This document shows, piece by piece, positions 9,401 to 19,022 of a stretch of DNA of 64,000 bases. Source of the stretch: a virus. The notes below the pieces were generated by a model. That model was given only the letters and a program-made list of their open reading frames with translations. It was not told where the DNA came from and did no database searches. Positions within the stretch are counted from its first letter, which is position 1. Each line of letters opens with the position of its first letter. A program made the position numbers and the translations under genes. The stretch lies in the IMG/VR virus record IMGVR_UViG_3300048839_001249, positions 28,689-92,688 of that record; one strand, given 5' to 3'.

Positions 9401-10105
9401 ATGAAAAATATATCAGATCATTTTAGCGAATTAGAGGTAAATGAAGAATTACATACCTATACACATCAAAGTAACAACCTCATTCCTGTAACAAAACTTT
9501 TACAAAACTTTGTACCAGAATTTGATAAAGAAGGAAAGTCAAAATCTGTAGCAAAAAAAAGAGGAGTAAGTCAGCAGGAAATACTTGATGAATGGGAAAA
9601 AACAGGTAGTGATGCAAGAAATTTTGGTCACTCAGTTCATCAATTTGCTTATGATTATGGACAATATTATGTAGGTACTGGATCATTACCAGTACCTACA
9701 TGTCCTGAAATGATTGCCATTGTAAAGTTTTTTAAAGAATTAAATCCTAGATTTTTACCAGTAGCATTTGAACAAAAGGTTTATTCCTTAAAATATCAGT
9801 ATGCTGGTACTGCAGATATTGTATTTTTTGATGGTAAGAAAGGTTTTATTATTTGTGACTATAAAACTGGAAAGAATATACACAAGAATTACATGGGACA
9901 AATGATGTTGTCACCATTTCACTATTTACTTGATACACCTTTTAACCATTATCAATTACAATTATCACTCTATCAAATTCCATTAGAAGAACATGGATAT
10001 TTTGTAAGTGAAAGATGGGTTGTATGGGCAAAATCTGATGGAACATATCAGAAACTTAATACTCACAATTTTACACAAATGTTAAAACAACATATATCAC
10101 AATGA
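9401..10105 (+). CDS. PD-(D/E)XK exonuclease (Cas4/RecB-like fold)
   Basis: GHSVH, FEQ, AGTAD, ICDYKT and YQLQLSLY motifs. Confidence 0.85.
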   Translation: MKNISDHFSELEVNEELHTYTHQSNNLIPVTKLLQNFVPEFDKEGKSKSVAKKRGVSQQEILDEWEKTGSDARNFGHSVHQFAYDYGQYYVGTGSLPVPTCPEMIAIVKFFKELNPRFLPVAFEQKVYSLKYQYAGTADIVFFDGKKGFIICDYKTGKNIHKNYMGQMMLSPFHYLLDTPFNHYQLQLSLYQIPLEEHGYFVSERWVVWAKSDGTYQKLNTHNFTQMLKQHISQ

Positions 10106-10788
10106 GTACTGTAGGTGAAGTAACACAAAGAATTCATAGCTTGTATTCTAAAGGTGTAGAATCTGATGATACAAGAATGTCAATTAGACTTAGTTACAAT
10201 AAGTTTATTGGTACTCGAATGAAATTGATAATTCAAAGATTAGGTAAAGGAGAAGATAAAAACAATCTTACAGATTGGGATTATCAACCAATAGCTAATA
10301 TACAAATGGAGAATTATTCATTTACAAGTTTAAGCTGTCCAGTAAAAAGAAGTACTGTAAAAATCCCAAAAACAATTATTGATATTTCATCTACTCACAT
10401 GAGAGTAATTTCTGTAGATGGAAAAGTAATATATAATACAACAAGAATTGATCGTGCAAAATATATTAAAGGTGGAAAATATACATCAGAATTTCCATAT
10501 ACTTTTATATATGATGATTATTTGTTTATTATGAATTCACAAGCTAAGAATGTTACACTTTATTCAATATTCAGAAATCCAATTGAAGCATATTTAATGC
10601 ATCAAAATAATATAGGTGAAAATATACAATGTATAAAATACACAGATATTGATGTATTTACACCTGATGATGTCACTGATATTGCTATTGAAATGTGTGC
10701 ACAAGAACTAATACAGTTTTTTAATACAATGGGAGTTGAAGATACAAGAAATGATTCTGCTGATAATCCACCTGAAAAATCAAAATGA
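10102..10788 (+). CDS. crAss-like structural protein (tail ring-type)
   Basis: Position before the IHF-like and tail tubular genes; C-terminal EDTRNDSAD resembles crAss ring proteins (recognition only). Confidence 0.5.
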   Translation: MSTVGEVTQRIHSLYSKGVESDDTRMSIRLSYNKFIGTRMKLIIQRLGKGEDKNNLTDWDYQPIANIQMENYSFTSLSCPVKRSTVKIPKTIIDISSTHMRVISVDGKVIYNTTRIDRAKYIKGGKYTSEFPYTFIYDDYLFIMNSQAKNVTLYSIFRNPIEAYLMHQNNIGENIQCIKYTDIDVFTPDDVTDIAIEMCAQELIQFFNTMGVEDTRNDSADNPPEKSK

Positions 10789-11273
10789 ACCAGAAAAGAT
10801 CAATAGCAACAAGTTATAAAGATTGTACAGTAAGCATATCATATACTGATTATGCTAAAATTGTTAAAGGATTCATGAAATTTATCATGATGAAAGTATT
10901 TGATGGTGATACTGTAGAACTTCCTGCAAGAATGGGTGACTTATCAATAAAAGGAAAGAAAGTAACACCAAGATTTGATGAAAATGGTAACATTGTAAAT
11001 CTTGCACCTGATTGGGTTAAGACAAAACAATTATGGGAAAGAGATGAAGAGTCAAGAATAAACAAAACATTGGTCTATCATTTCAATGAGCATACTGGTG
11101 GTGTCAGATATAAGATTTGTTGGAACAAAGGAATGAGTGGTGCAGTAAATAAACTCTTATACATATTTAAACCATCAAGGGAAAACAAAAGAAAAACATG
11201 GAAGTCTGTAACTGCTGGAAAAGAATTTTATGTCAAACCTAAATTTCATTCAAATGTCAACAACAATATCTGA
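10785..11273 (+). CDS. IHF/HU-like DNA-binding protein of crAss-like phages
   Basis: GDTVELPARMGDLSIK HU-arm-like segment plus PDW.KT..LW and HFNEHT motifs; crAss-like synteny. Confidence 0.7.
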   Translation: MNQKRSIATSYKDCTVSISYTDYAKIVKGFMKFIMMKVFDGDTVELPARMGDLSIKGKKVTPRFDENGNIVNLAPDWVKTKQLWERDEESRINKTLVYHFNEHTGGVRYKICWNKGMSGAVNKLLYIFKPSRENKRKTWKSVTAGKEFYVKPKFHSNVNNNI

Positions 11274-11463
11274 AATACGTAAAAGAGATGGTGATACAAG
11301 TAACACTATTACTGTCGAACAAATTGAAAATGGATTTTTAATTACAAAAAATAAAGAATGGAAAGATAAAAAATCAGAATGGCATTATGAATGTAAAAAA
11401 TACTATTCTGAAAAAAATCCATTAGAAGATGCATCCAAAGAACTTGCTGCATATTTTGATTAA
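11254..11463 (+). CDS. Small hypothetical protein
   Basis: ORF 11230-11463; ATG at 11254 is the likelier start. Confidence 0.55.
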   Translation: MSTTISEIRKRDGDTSNTITVEQIENGFLITKNKEWKDKKSEWHYECKKYYSEKNPLEDASKELAAYFD

Positions 11464-11474
11464 TATTATTTACT

Positions 11475-12407
11475 ATGAAATACACATCTATTGATAGAAT
11501 TTATTCTAAGGTTATAAGAGACCTAGGAATAAATGCTGATGAAGCAGACCTCATTGAATGGACAGGTGAAGCATTAGAAGCTATTGATGCTCAACGATCT
11601 CATGAAGAAGCTGTTGCATTTTTACAAGTAAAGAATTATCATTGTGAAGTTCCATTTGGGTTACAGTATATTATACAAGTAGCTAAAAATACAAGAACAG
11701 ATACTTATGCACCAATAGAAAGTGATGCTATTGAAGAGAATGCAATTGTTGATCCAGAAGGAGTATGTCCTGTAAGAATTGATTGTAATGGTGCACCAAT
11801 AGATGATCATGAACTTTCTTATTACAGACCTTACTATGATCTTAGATATGAGTATGATTTATGGAGAGATAGTACTGTTGCTACAAGATATTATGAACCT
11901 GTAAGACTTGCTGTACATTCATTTTTTAACAGTATTGTATGTGGTAATGTAGAAAACAATGAACTGTATAAGACAACAAGAAATGAATATTCACTTACAG
12001 ATGAAGATTCTATCATGAGATTTAGTTTTTCTGATGGTCTTGTTGCATTAGCTTATGTTAGAACAGTACTTGATACAAATGGAATACCAAAAATTCCAGA
12101 CAATTATTCATTTGTAACTGCAGTTGTAAAGTATATTACTTACAAACTAATGGAAAGACAGTTTTATCTTGGTAAATCAGACTCAGATAAAAAAGTATAT
12201 AAAGCAGAAAAAGATTGGCAATGGTATTGTAAACAAGCAAAGAACTCAGCATTTATCATTCAAGGTATTGATGAGATGGAAAACTATCTTGATCAAAGAA
12301 CATACCTAATACCACGAAGAAATGTATATGACAGTTTCTTTGGAAATCTAGCAAAAAGAGAAAACAAAAACATTCTTAATACTTATCAAAGACATAATTC
12401 AGAATGA
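11475..12407 (+). CDS. Tail tubular/ring protein (P22 gp4-like Ttub of crAss-like phages)
   Basis: YTSIDRI..K..RD, IEW..EAL, G.PKIPD and W.WYC.QA motifs; immediately upstream of the muzzle gene. Confidence 0.75.
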   Translation: MKYTSIDRIYSKVIRDLGINADEADLIEWTGEALEAIDAQRSHEEAVAFLQVKNYHCEVPFGLQYIIQVAKNTRTDTYAPIESDAIEENAIVDPEGVCPVRIDCNGAPIDDHELSYYRPYYDLRYEYDLWRDSTVATRYYEPVRLAVHSFFNSIVCGNVENNELYKTTRNEYSLTDEDSIMRFSFSDGLVALAYVRTVLDTNGIPKIPDNYSFVTAVVKYITYKLMERQFYLGKSDSDKKVYKAEKDWQWYCKQAKNSAFIIQGIDEMENYLDQRTYLIPRRNVYDSFFGNLAKRENKNILNTYQRHNSE

Positions 12408-15400
12408 TCACAGATAATGTAACCAGAATATCAAAAGGTCTTTTCAGAGATTCAAATGTACTTGACCAACCAAAAGGTACATACAGATATGCATTAAATA
12501 CTGTATTAGAAACCAGAGAAGGTGATGTGCAAATTATTTCCAATGAAGAAGGAAATCAAGCATATGCTATTACCAATCAGGGTACTACAGAAATGCATAT
12601 TATTGGTAGTGTTTATATTGGAGATAATGAACATATATTATTTATTGTTGGTAATTCAGTAAGTATTATTGCATTATTAAAAGAAGGTAATATAGAAAGT
12701 CCACTGGTTACAAATGATAATGTTGAGTTTCTAGTAATTGACAGTGAAGATGTACTTGCATTTTCAGAATTTTCACAAATTCAAGCAGAATACAAATTAA
12801 GAAGAGGATGTGAAAAGTGGATCTATTTTACTGATGAAACAAACAAAATAAGAAGTTTTAATTGTAGTGACCCTGAGAGTTTTAAAACAAATCCTAATGG
12901 AGATCCACCAGAGGGTAAAACTGTATGGAGTAAAGTAAAATTTGAACTACAAAAAGGATATAATAAAAGACCTGAATTTTTATCTGTTGAGATATTAAGT
13001 GGTGGTGAATTAAAATCAGGAACTTATAATTTTGCTATTCAATATGTTGATGAAAATAAAAATCCTACAGAATGGATTACCACATCAATGCCTGTATCTA
13101 TTTATAAAGATGGAACATCAGGTAGCTATGATGGTGTAATAGGTTCATCAAATCCACCAGTAGGAGAAACAACACCTTTATTTGGTCAACCACCAACATC
13201 AAAATCAATTAAACTTATATTAGGTAATCTTGATGATAGTTATAGTCATTATAGAATTGCAATAATTGAAGCTACAGCAGGTAGTGGTTCTCCAAATAGA
13301 GCATTAATGTCTCAGCCATTTTTCATTACAGATACAGAATTTATATATGATGGGAATCCACTGGCATTTACAGTAATTGATCTTAATGAAATTCTTGTAG
13401 CTAAAGCTGATCTTGGCATTCCAAAACATGTATGTCAGGCAGAAGATGTATTGCTTGTAGCTAATATTAATAATACAAGTAAAGATGTATGTTCATTACA
13501 ACAATATGCATCAAAAATAACAAGCAATTATGTAACAAAATTTGTATTTGCTTATGACTATAAAGAAAAAGGAAATCCTAAAACACCTGATACTTTATGG
13601 GATACAATGACAGCAATAGGTGGAGAAGTCTATGCCCATGGTATTGTTTATGTATTTGATGATGATACAGAATCACCAGCTTATCATATTCCGGGAAGAA
13701 ATGCTCATGATAGAAATGGAAATCCTATTCAATCTGTTGAAGCTATTCCATTAGCTGAATGGGATAATCATGAAGGAGATATAAAGGCAATAACAGGAAG
13801 TGATGCTAATGCAATAGTAGAAGGTGGAAATATTCAAAAATGGAGAGTATATGACACATCAGATGATGATGGAAAAATGTCTTTTTGGCAAGCTCAAAAT
13901 GCTGAGTATCCTATAAGAGAAAATTGTAATGGTGATGATTATTGGGGAGTTGATGCTGATGGATTTGGTCTCACTGGTAAGAAAATAAGACATCACAGGT
14001 TTCCGTCAAGGAATAAAATTGCTCATGTTATAACTGCTCCTAATGATCCATTAAACCCTAATGTTGGAACCTATTTAAGAATCATTTTAGATTCAATAAA
14101 ACAACCTAAAAATGTTGATCCAATAGATAAAGAATTATATTATAGACTTACATTTAATATTATATTTACTGATGGCTCAACAGAAACAAGATCAGAAAGT
14201 GGATTTTTTACTAGTCTTGATTTTGAGTACATAGCAAATAAAATATGGAATATCAATTACTTTGAAGAGGGAAAAGATATTGAAAGTATTGATAATATAG
14301 TACTTGAAGGATCATTACGTGATAACTCTGATATTGTATATGCAAATGATGTTGAATTGGAATCTCCGGGTGGTGATTTAGTTACTACTGAAATTACATG
14401 GATGGTACAATCTAAATCTACACTGGAAGGAAGAGAAGATTCAGAAGTAATTCAATTAATAGGTATTAAGTTTGATAATATAGAAATTCCAGAAGGATGT
14501 AAAGGTTATTATTTTGTAAGAGCAGAAAGAGACACTTTTAACAGAACAATTCTTGATAAAGGATACTCAGGTAGTTTGAGACAGAATGATGAATATATTG
14601 CTTTTACAAATATAACAGAAACAGTTTATGAAGGAAAAATAATGAATGACCATGGAGAAATATATGATCATAATACTAGGGTCAAGTATTTATTTTCACC
14701 ACTTAGTTTGTTTAGAAACAGAACAATAAATCCTGTATATATTACAGTAGAAAGAATATTTCATAAAATACAAGGTTCAAATCCAGTAGGAACTAAAACT
14801 GTAAAGAATATTGATGATGAAAAAGGTGGAATATTTGACAATGATGGCTTTGATTGGAAAGGTGCTTTTATTGTTGATTCATTTATAACTGATGGTCAAC
14901 CAGTTGCAGAACATAATTATCGTGTACTCCAAACAAAAACTCTTCCACCTGTAAATAAAGATATTGGATTTACAACAAATGATGAGGTAAAAAAAGTATT
15001 ATATAATTGCTCATTTGATAACAGAGTTCAATTTTTGGAACTGGATAGAGATTTTGAATTTGTTGAACCCAAATTAATGATTTCTAATGTACCTCTTGTA
15101 GCTGATCATCCATTTCAAGATGTGTATTATGTATCATTAAAAGTAGAAAGAGATGTTCATCCTGATATAGATAATATTAAATATTATAAGATGCATAACA
15201 ATATGCTTACTTATGATAGTACAGAAGATGATACAGGTGGTGTGGAAATCTATGGTTATGATGGATTTATTTCACATTTCCCTATAACAACATCTATGTT
15301 TCAAGGTGTTGCTGGTAAAGTAAGAATACTTGATTTTATTGTTTATGCAATAATTATTATAGCTTCTGCAGTTGTTACTTTCTTTACAGCAGGTGGTGGT

Positions 15401-17410
15401 ACACCAGTTCTTATTGCAGCAATAGCTCTTGCAGTAGCAGGATTAACAGTTGCAGCATTTCAAACATTTGCCAGTGATTTTGCTAATAAACCAGAATTTC
15501 GTAAATTGATGCGAAGTATCATGATGACAAAATCAGTGATGGGAGATTTGAATGATGATAGGTATGAAGCTGTAATGGAAAGAGCTACAGGTTTGTTTGT
15601 AGAAAGTGAAGTAAACATAGGATTAAGAGAAAATGTTAATTATGGTTGTTCTGGATTTTTAAAGAGTGATCAAGAAGCTGCTGTTGAAAATTACATGGTT
15701 GATAAGTTTACTTATTATGAAACAGGTAGTGATACAAGCAGACTTAAACTAATTCCATGTCCAGAAGTATATGTTTCAAATTTAGACTTTCAAAGAACAA
15801 ATAAAGAAAAAGTATTTTTTGCTTTAGCTTCTAGTTATGACTGTTGCTCTGATTGTAGAGAAAACTTTCCAAACAGAATACATTATTCTCAGAAGGCATT
15901 TTCAGAAGAACAAATTGATAGTTTTAGCAGATTTCTTCCATTGGATTATATTGACATCCCTGGTGAATATGGTGAGATTACAGACATCTTTATGGAAAAG
16001 TCATCTCTCTATGTCAGGACTGAAGGAGCATTGTGGCTATTGCCTCAAAATGTGCATGAGAGGGTACAAGGTGATGTTGTTAGTTTGATAGGTACAGGTG
16101 GATTTTTTGCTATTACACCTAAGAAATTATTTGATACAAAGACAGGTGCAGGTGGTGGTTATCAGAAATTTGCAACAATCAAAACACCATTTGGTTCTGT
16201 ATTTGTTGATGAAACACAAGGTACATTATATTTATTAAACTTTAGTGCACAGACAGGAACTCAGATAGAAGAACTCACTGCATTAAAATATGGAATGAGT
16301 AAGTGGACAAAACAGAACTTTAAGATACTATTATCAGAACAAATAAGAAAGACACTAAAAGAAAAATTTGAACATAGCTATAAACCAGCATCAAAATATG
16401 GTATAGGAATTCATACAGCCTATGATAACGAATATAAAAGATTAATTGTTACCAAAATAGATTATATTATTAAACAAGAAATCATTGATGAAGACAAACT
16501 CATATCATTTGATCAAGAACCTTATGCATTATATGGATGGAATAGAATTCTCATAGGTGATTATGATGAAAGTCTTGTAGGTGTATTAGGATTTAACATC
16601 TATAATAATACATTTTGGAAATACACAGAAGATTATATTCATGGTAGTCATGTAATAATGGCAGACCTTATTGAGTTTGATGATACTGATTATTTTGAAG
16701 ACAAATCTTTTACAATTAGTTTTTCATTTAGTACAATGTCATGGGTGAGTTGGCATAGTTATAAACCAAGAAAATATATATTTGATAACAATAATCTATA
16801 TAGTGCATTGGTTACAAAAGCTTTTGCTTACAATCCAGGAGACGATTATTTCTATACAGCTAAATTATTCAAACATAATATTGCAGGACAGTATCACAAA
16901 TACTATGATCAGAACTATGCATTCATTGTTGAGTATATAGTATTAAAAGAACCAATACTAGATGCAATATTTGATAATATCATGATTCAAACAGTTGCAA
17001 AAAAGGATGATGTAGAACAAAGATTTGTTACATTTAATAAAGCTTTATTTTATAATCATAGACAATTATCTGGTTTACTTAATCTTATTATTGTTGATGA
17101 AACAATGGATACTGATTATCTTCAACAGTATGTTGTAAATTTACCTGATTCAATCATTGTCAAGAGAAAAAATAAAAATTGGACAATTAATGATTTCAGG
17201 GATATTCGAGTAAATTATTCACTACCTTTGTTTATTGGTGATCTTTGTGGAGATGTAAATACGGATTCCATTGATACTCAGAAAGATTGGACTGAGCTTG
17301 AACCATTTATGGATAAGTTTCTAGGAGTAAGACTTATACTGGACAATAAGAATGATGTAAAATTACTCTTAAATTATATGCTTGAATCTATAAAACCTGT
17401 AATAGGATGA
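12404..17410 (+). CDS. Tail stabilisation/muzzle protein (P22 gp10-like Tstab)
   Basis: KGL..D...QP.GTY.YALN start, KIRHHRFP, NRIHYS, GEITD, SFTISFS...WVSWHSY.P; crAss-like synteny. Confidence 0.8.
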   Translation: MITDNVTRISKGLFRDSNVLDQPKGTYRYALNTVLETREGDVQIISNEEGNQAYAITNQGTTEMHIIGSVYIGDNEHILFIVGNSVSIIALLKEGNIESPLVTNDNVEFLVIDSEDVLAFSEFSQIQAEYKLRRGCEKWIYFTDETNKIRSFNCSDPESFKTNPNGDPPEGKTVWSKVKFELQKGYNKRPEFLSVEILSGGELKSGTYNFAIQYVDENKNPTEWITTSMPVSIYKDGTSGSYDGVIGSSNPPVGETTPLFGQPPTSKSIKLILGNLDDSYSHYRIAIIEATAGSGSPNRALMSQPFFITDTEFIYDGNPLAFTVIDLNEILVAKADLGIPKHVCQAEDVLLVANINNTSKDVCSLQQYASKITSNYVTKFVFAYDYKEKGNPKTPDTLWDTMTAIGGEVYAHGIVYVFDDDTESPAYHIPGRNAHDRNGNPIQSVEAIPLAEWDNHEGDIKAITGSDANAIVEGGNIQKWRVYDTSDDDGKMSFWQAQNAEYPIRENCNGDDYWGVDADGFGLTGKKIRHHRFPSRNKIAHVITAPNDPLNPNVGTYLRIILDSIKQPKNVDPIDKELYYRLTFNIIFTDGSTETRSESGFFTSLDFEYIANKIWNINYFEEGKDIESIDNIVLEGSLRDNSDIVYANDVELESPGGDLVTTEITWMVQSKSTLEGREDSEVIQLIGIKFDNIEIPEGCKGYYFVRAERDTFNRTILDKGYSGSLRQNDEYIAFTNITETVYEGKIMNDHGEIYDHNTRVKYLFSPLSLFRNRTINPVYITVERIFHKIQGSNPVGTKTVKNIDDEKGGIFDNDGFDWKGAFIVDSFITDGQPVAEHNYRVLQTKTLPPVNKDIGFTTNDEVKKVLYNCSFDNRVQFLELDRDFEFVEPKLMISNVPLVADHPFQDVYYVSLKVERDVHPDIDNIKYYKMHNNMLTYDSTEDDTGGVEIYGYDGFISHFPITTSMFQGVAGKVRILDFIVYAIIIIASAVVTFFTAGGGTPVLIAAIALAVAGLTVAAFQTFASDFANKPEFRKLMRSIMMTKSVMGDLNDDRYEAVMERATGLFVESEVNIGLRENVNYGCSGFLKSDQEAAVENYMVDKFTYYETGSDTSRLKLIPCPEVYVSNLDFQRTNKEKVFFALASSYDCCSDCRENFPNRIHYSQKAFSEEQIDSFSRFLPLDYIDIPGEYGEITDIFMEKSSLYVRTEGALWLLPQNVHERVQGDVVSLIGTGGFFAITPKKLFDTKTGAGGGYQKFATIKTPFGSVFVDETQGTLYLLNFSAQTGTQIEELTALKYGMSKWTKQNFKILLSEQIRKTLKEKFEHSYKPASKYGIGIHTAYDNEYKRLIVTKIDYIIKQEIIDEDKLISFDQEPYALYGWNRILIGDYDESLVGVLGFNIYNNTFWKYTEDYIHGSHVIMADLIEFDDTDYFEDKSFTISFSFSTMSWVSWHSYKPRKYIFDNNNLYSALVTKAFAYNPGDDYFYTAKLFKHNIAGQYHKYYDQNYAFIVEYIVLKEPILDAIFDNIMIQTVAKKDDVEQRFVTFNKALFYNHRQLSGLLNLIIVDETMDTDYLQQYVVNLPDSIIVKRKNKNWTINDFRDIRVNYSLPLFIGDLCGDVNTDSIDTQKDWTELEPFMDKFLGVRLILDNKNDVKLLLNYMLESIKPVIG

Positions 17411-17727
17411 GAACTCTTAATACATATTTAGGTAAACCTCGTAAGGATAAAAAACCAAGAAGAAATAAACTTACAGAGGAAGAAAAGTATTATCGTAAAA
17501 AAGGCTATCCGAGAGATTATGTAAAAATGATGGAAAAAGAATCAGTAAACATGTCTCAGCAATCAGATAATGGTATATTTGAAATGCCTACTGATGAAGA
17601 AATCAATTTACAGAAAGCAAGAAAGTTTTATTCAAATACTACTATTCCAGACAATGTAGGTAAAAGGAATAAAAATGTTATTCAATATCTTGAAACAGGG
17701 AAGTGGCCTAAAAAATCTAAAAAGTAA
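17407..17727 (+). CDS. Basic hypothetical protein
   Basis: 106-aa K/R-rich ORF coupled to the muzzle stop codon. Confidence 0.6.
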   Translation: MRTLNTYLGKPRKDKKPRRNKLTEEEKYYRKKGYPRDYVKMMEKESVNMSQQSDNGIFEMPTDEEINLQKARKFYSNTTIPDNVGKRNKNVIQYLETGKWPKKSKK

Positions 17728-17732
17728 TCACT

Positions 17733-19022
17733 ATGGCATATAATATATTTGAGTGGCCTGATGGAGTTGATAATACATCAGTTCCTACTAAAAAAACCAA
17801 AGAAGAATGGAAAATTGAAGCTGGTAAACTGTTATATAAATATCAGAATTATCAAGATAAATATGTGGATGATATTCCATGGGATACAGAAGAAGCCATA
17901 TTTGTTGGGCCACCTGATGAAGGTGAGAGAAAAGTACAATTAGGAGAATTTGAAAAAATTGATAGACGGATTACTCCTAAAAGATTGATACCAAAAACTT
18001 CAAGTGGTATCAGTTCAGACAAAGTTATTCCAACAAAACATCCTGATTATTTAGGACAAAGACCTTATAATCCAACTCCAACAACACCTGTTATTCCTTT
18101 TTATGATTTTAATATTGAAGATGAAGATTATCCAACAGATGATAGTATTCCAGGATTAGGGGATTTAAAAACTAACAGAGAAAAAACTCCAAAACCTTAT
18201 AAAGCAAAAAAGGATAGAAGTGGTGGTAATGGTATGGGAATGGGAGACCTTACTACTGGTGATAAAATAGGACTTGCAAGTTCTGTATTGGGTACAGGAC
18301 TTAATGCTGCATTAACAATAGCAAACAGACTTGGTGACAGACCAAATGAAAATTCATTTCTTACTTATGCCGAAGATGCATTAAGAACAATGGATGAAAG
18401 TAAGAGATATGCTCAAAGCATGTTTGATTATGCATTAGAAGGTATTGATTTTGATGAGGGAACTGCAAGAAGAACTATCACACAAAATGCAAGAGGTATT
18501 AATCAACAAAGAGCATTGCAATTAGGATTACATGTACAAGGTCAATCTGCAAAGAGAAGTGCAAGAATGGATTATGCTAATAAAATGTTAGGTATTAACA
18601 GAGAAATTGCAGGATTACAAGAAAGACATGACAGATTTGCTATGAGTGCAGAAGAAAGAAGACTTGACAAAGATAAAGCTGATAGAGATGCATTCTATAC
18701 AAATATGTCAAAAAATGTAACTGATGCTACAATGTTAGGTCAGCATGTAGGTGCATCATTAAACAAGTCATTAGAAACACAGCAGAAATTAAAACTGTTA
18801 AATCAGTTTGGTAAATATGCTTATTTCGATGATGATTTTGATCTTGTTGGAAAAGGTGTAACTGATAATAGTACACCAGCTAAAGCAGCACCAGCAAGTA
18901 ATACATATTCATCTGGAATGTTTTCATTTAATAATTCAATTAATAGTCCATTTGATCCTGAACCAATGAGACTAGGTACTCGTTGGAATCCTGTTACAAA
19001 AAAACTTGAAACTGTAAGATAA
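17733..19022 (+). CDS. Putative virion cargo/ejection protein
   Basis: Low-complexity N-terminal half and helical, coiled-coil-like C-terminal half; lies between the muzzle and RNAP genes. Confidence 0.55.
   Translation: MAYNIFEWPDGVDNTSVPTKKTKEEWKIEAGKLLYKYQNYQDKYVDDIPWDTEEAIFVGPPDEGERKVQLGEFEKIDRRITPKRLIPKTSSGISSDKVIPTKHPDYLGQRPYNPTPTTPVIPFYDFNIEDEDYPTDDSIPGLGDLKTNREKTPKPYKAKKDRSGGNGMGMGDLTTGDKIGLASSVLGTGLNAALTIANRLGDRPNENSFLTYAEDALRTMDESKRYAQSMFDYALEGIDFDEGTARRTITQNARGINQQRALQLGLHVQGQSAKRSARMDYANKMLGINREIAGLQERHDRFAMSAEERRLDKDKADRDAFYTNMSKNVTDATMLGQHVGASLNKSLETQQKLKLLNQFGKYAYFDDDFDLVGKGVTDNSTPAKAAPASNTYSSGMFSFNNSINSPFDPEPMRLGTRWNPVTKKLETVR

Noticed and set aside
9401-10105. Cas4 / CRISPR locus
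   Set aside because: No Fe-S cysteine cluster, no other cas genes and no repeat-spacer array seen.
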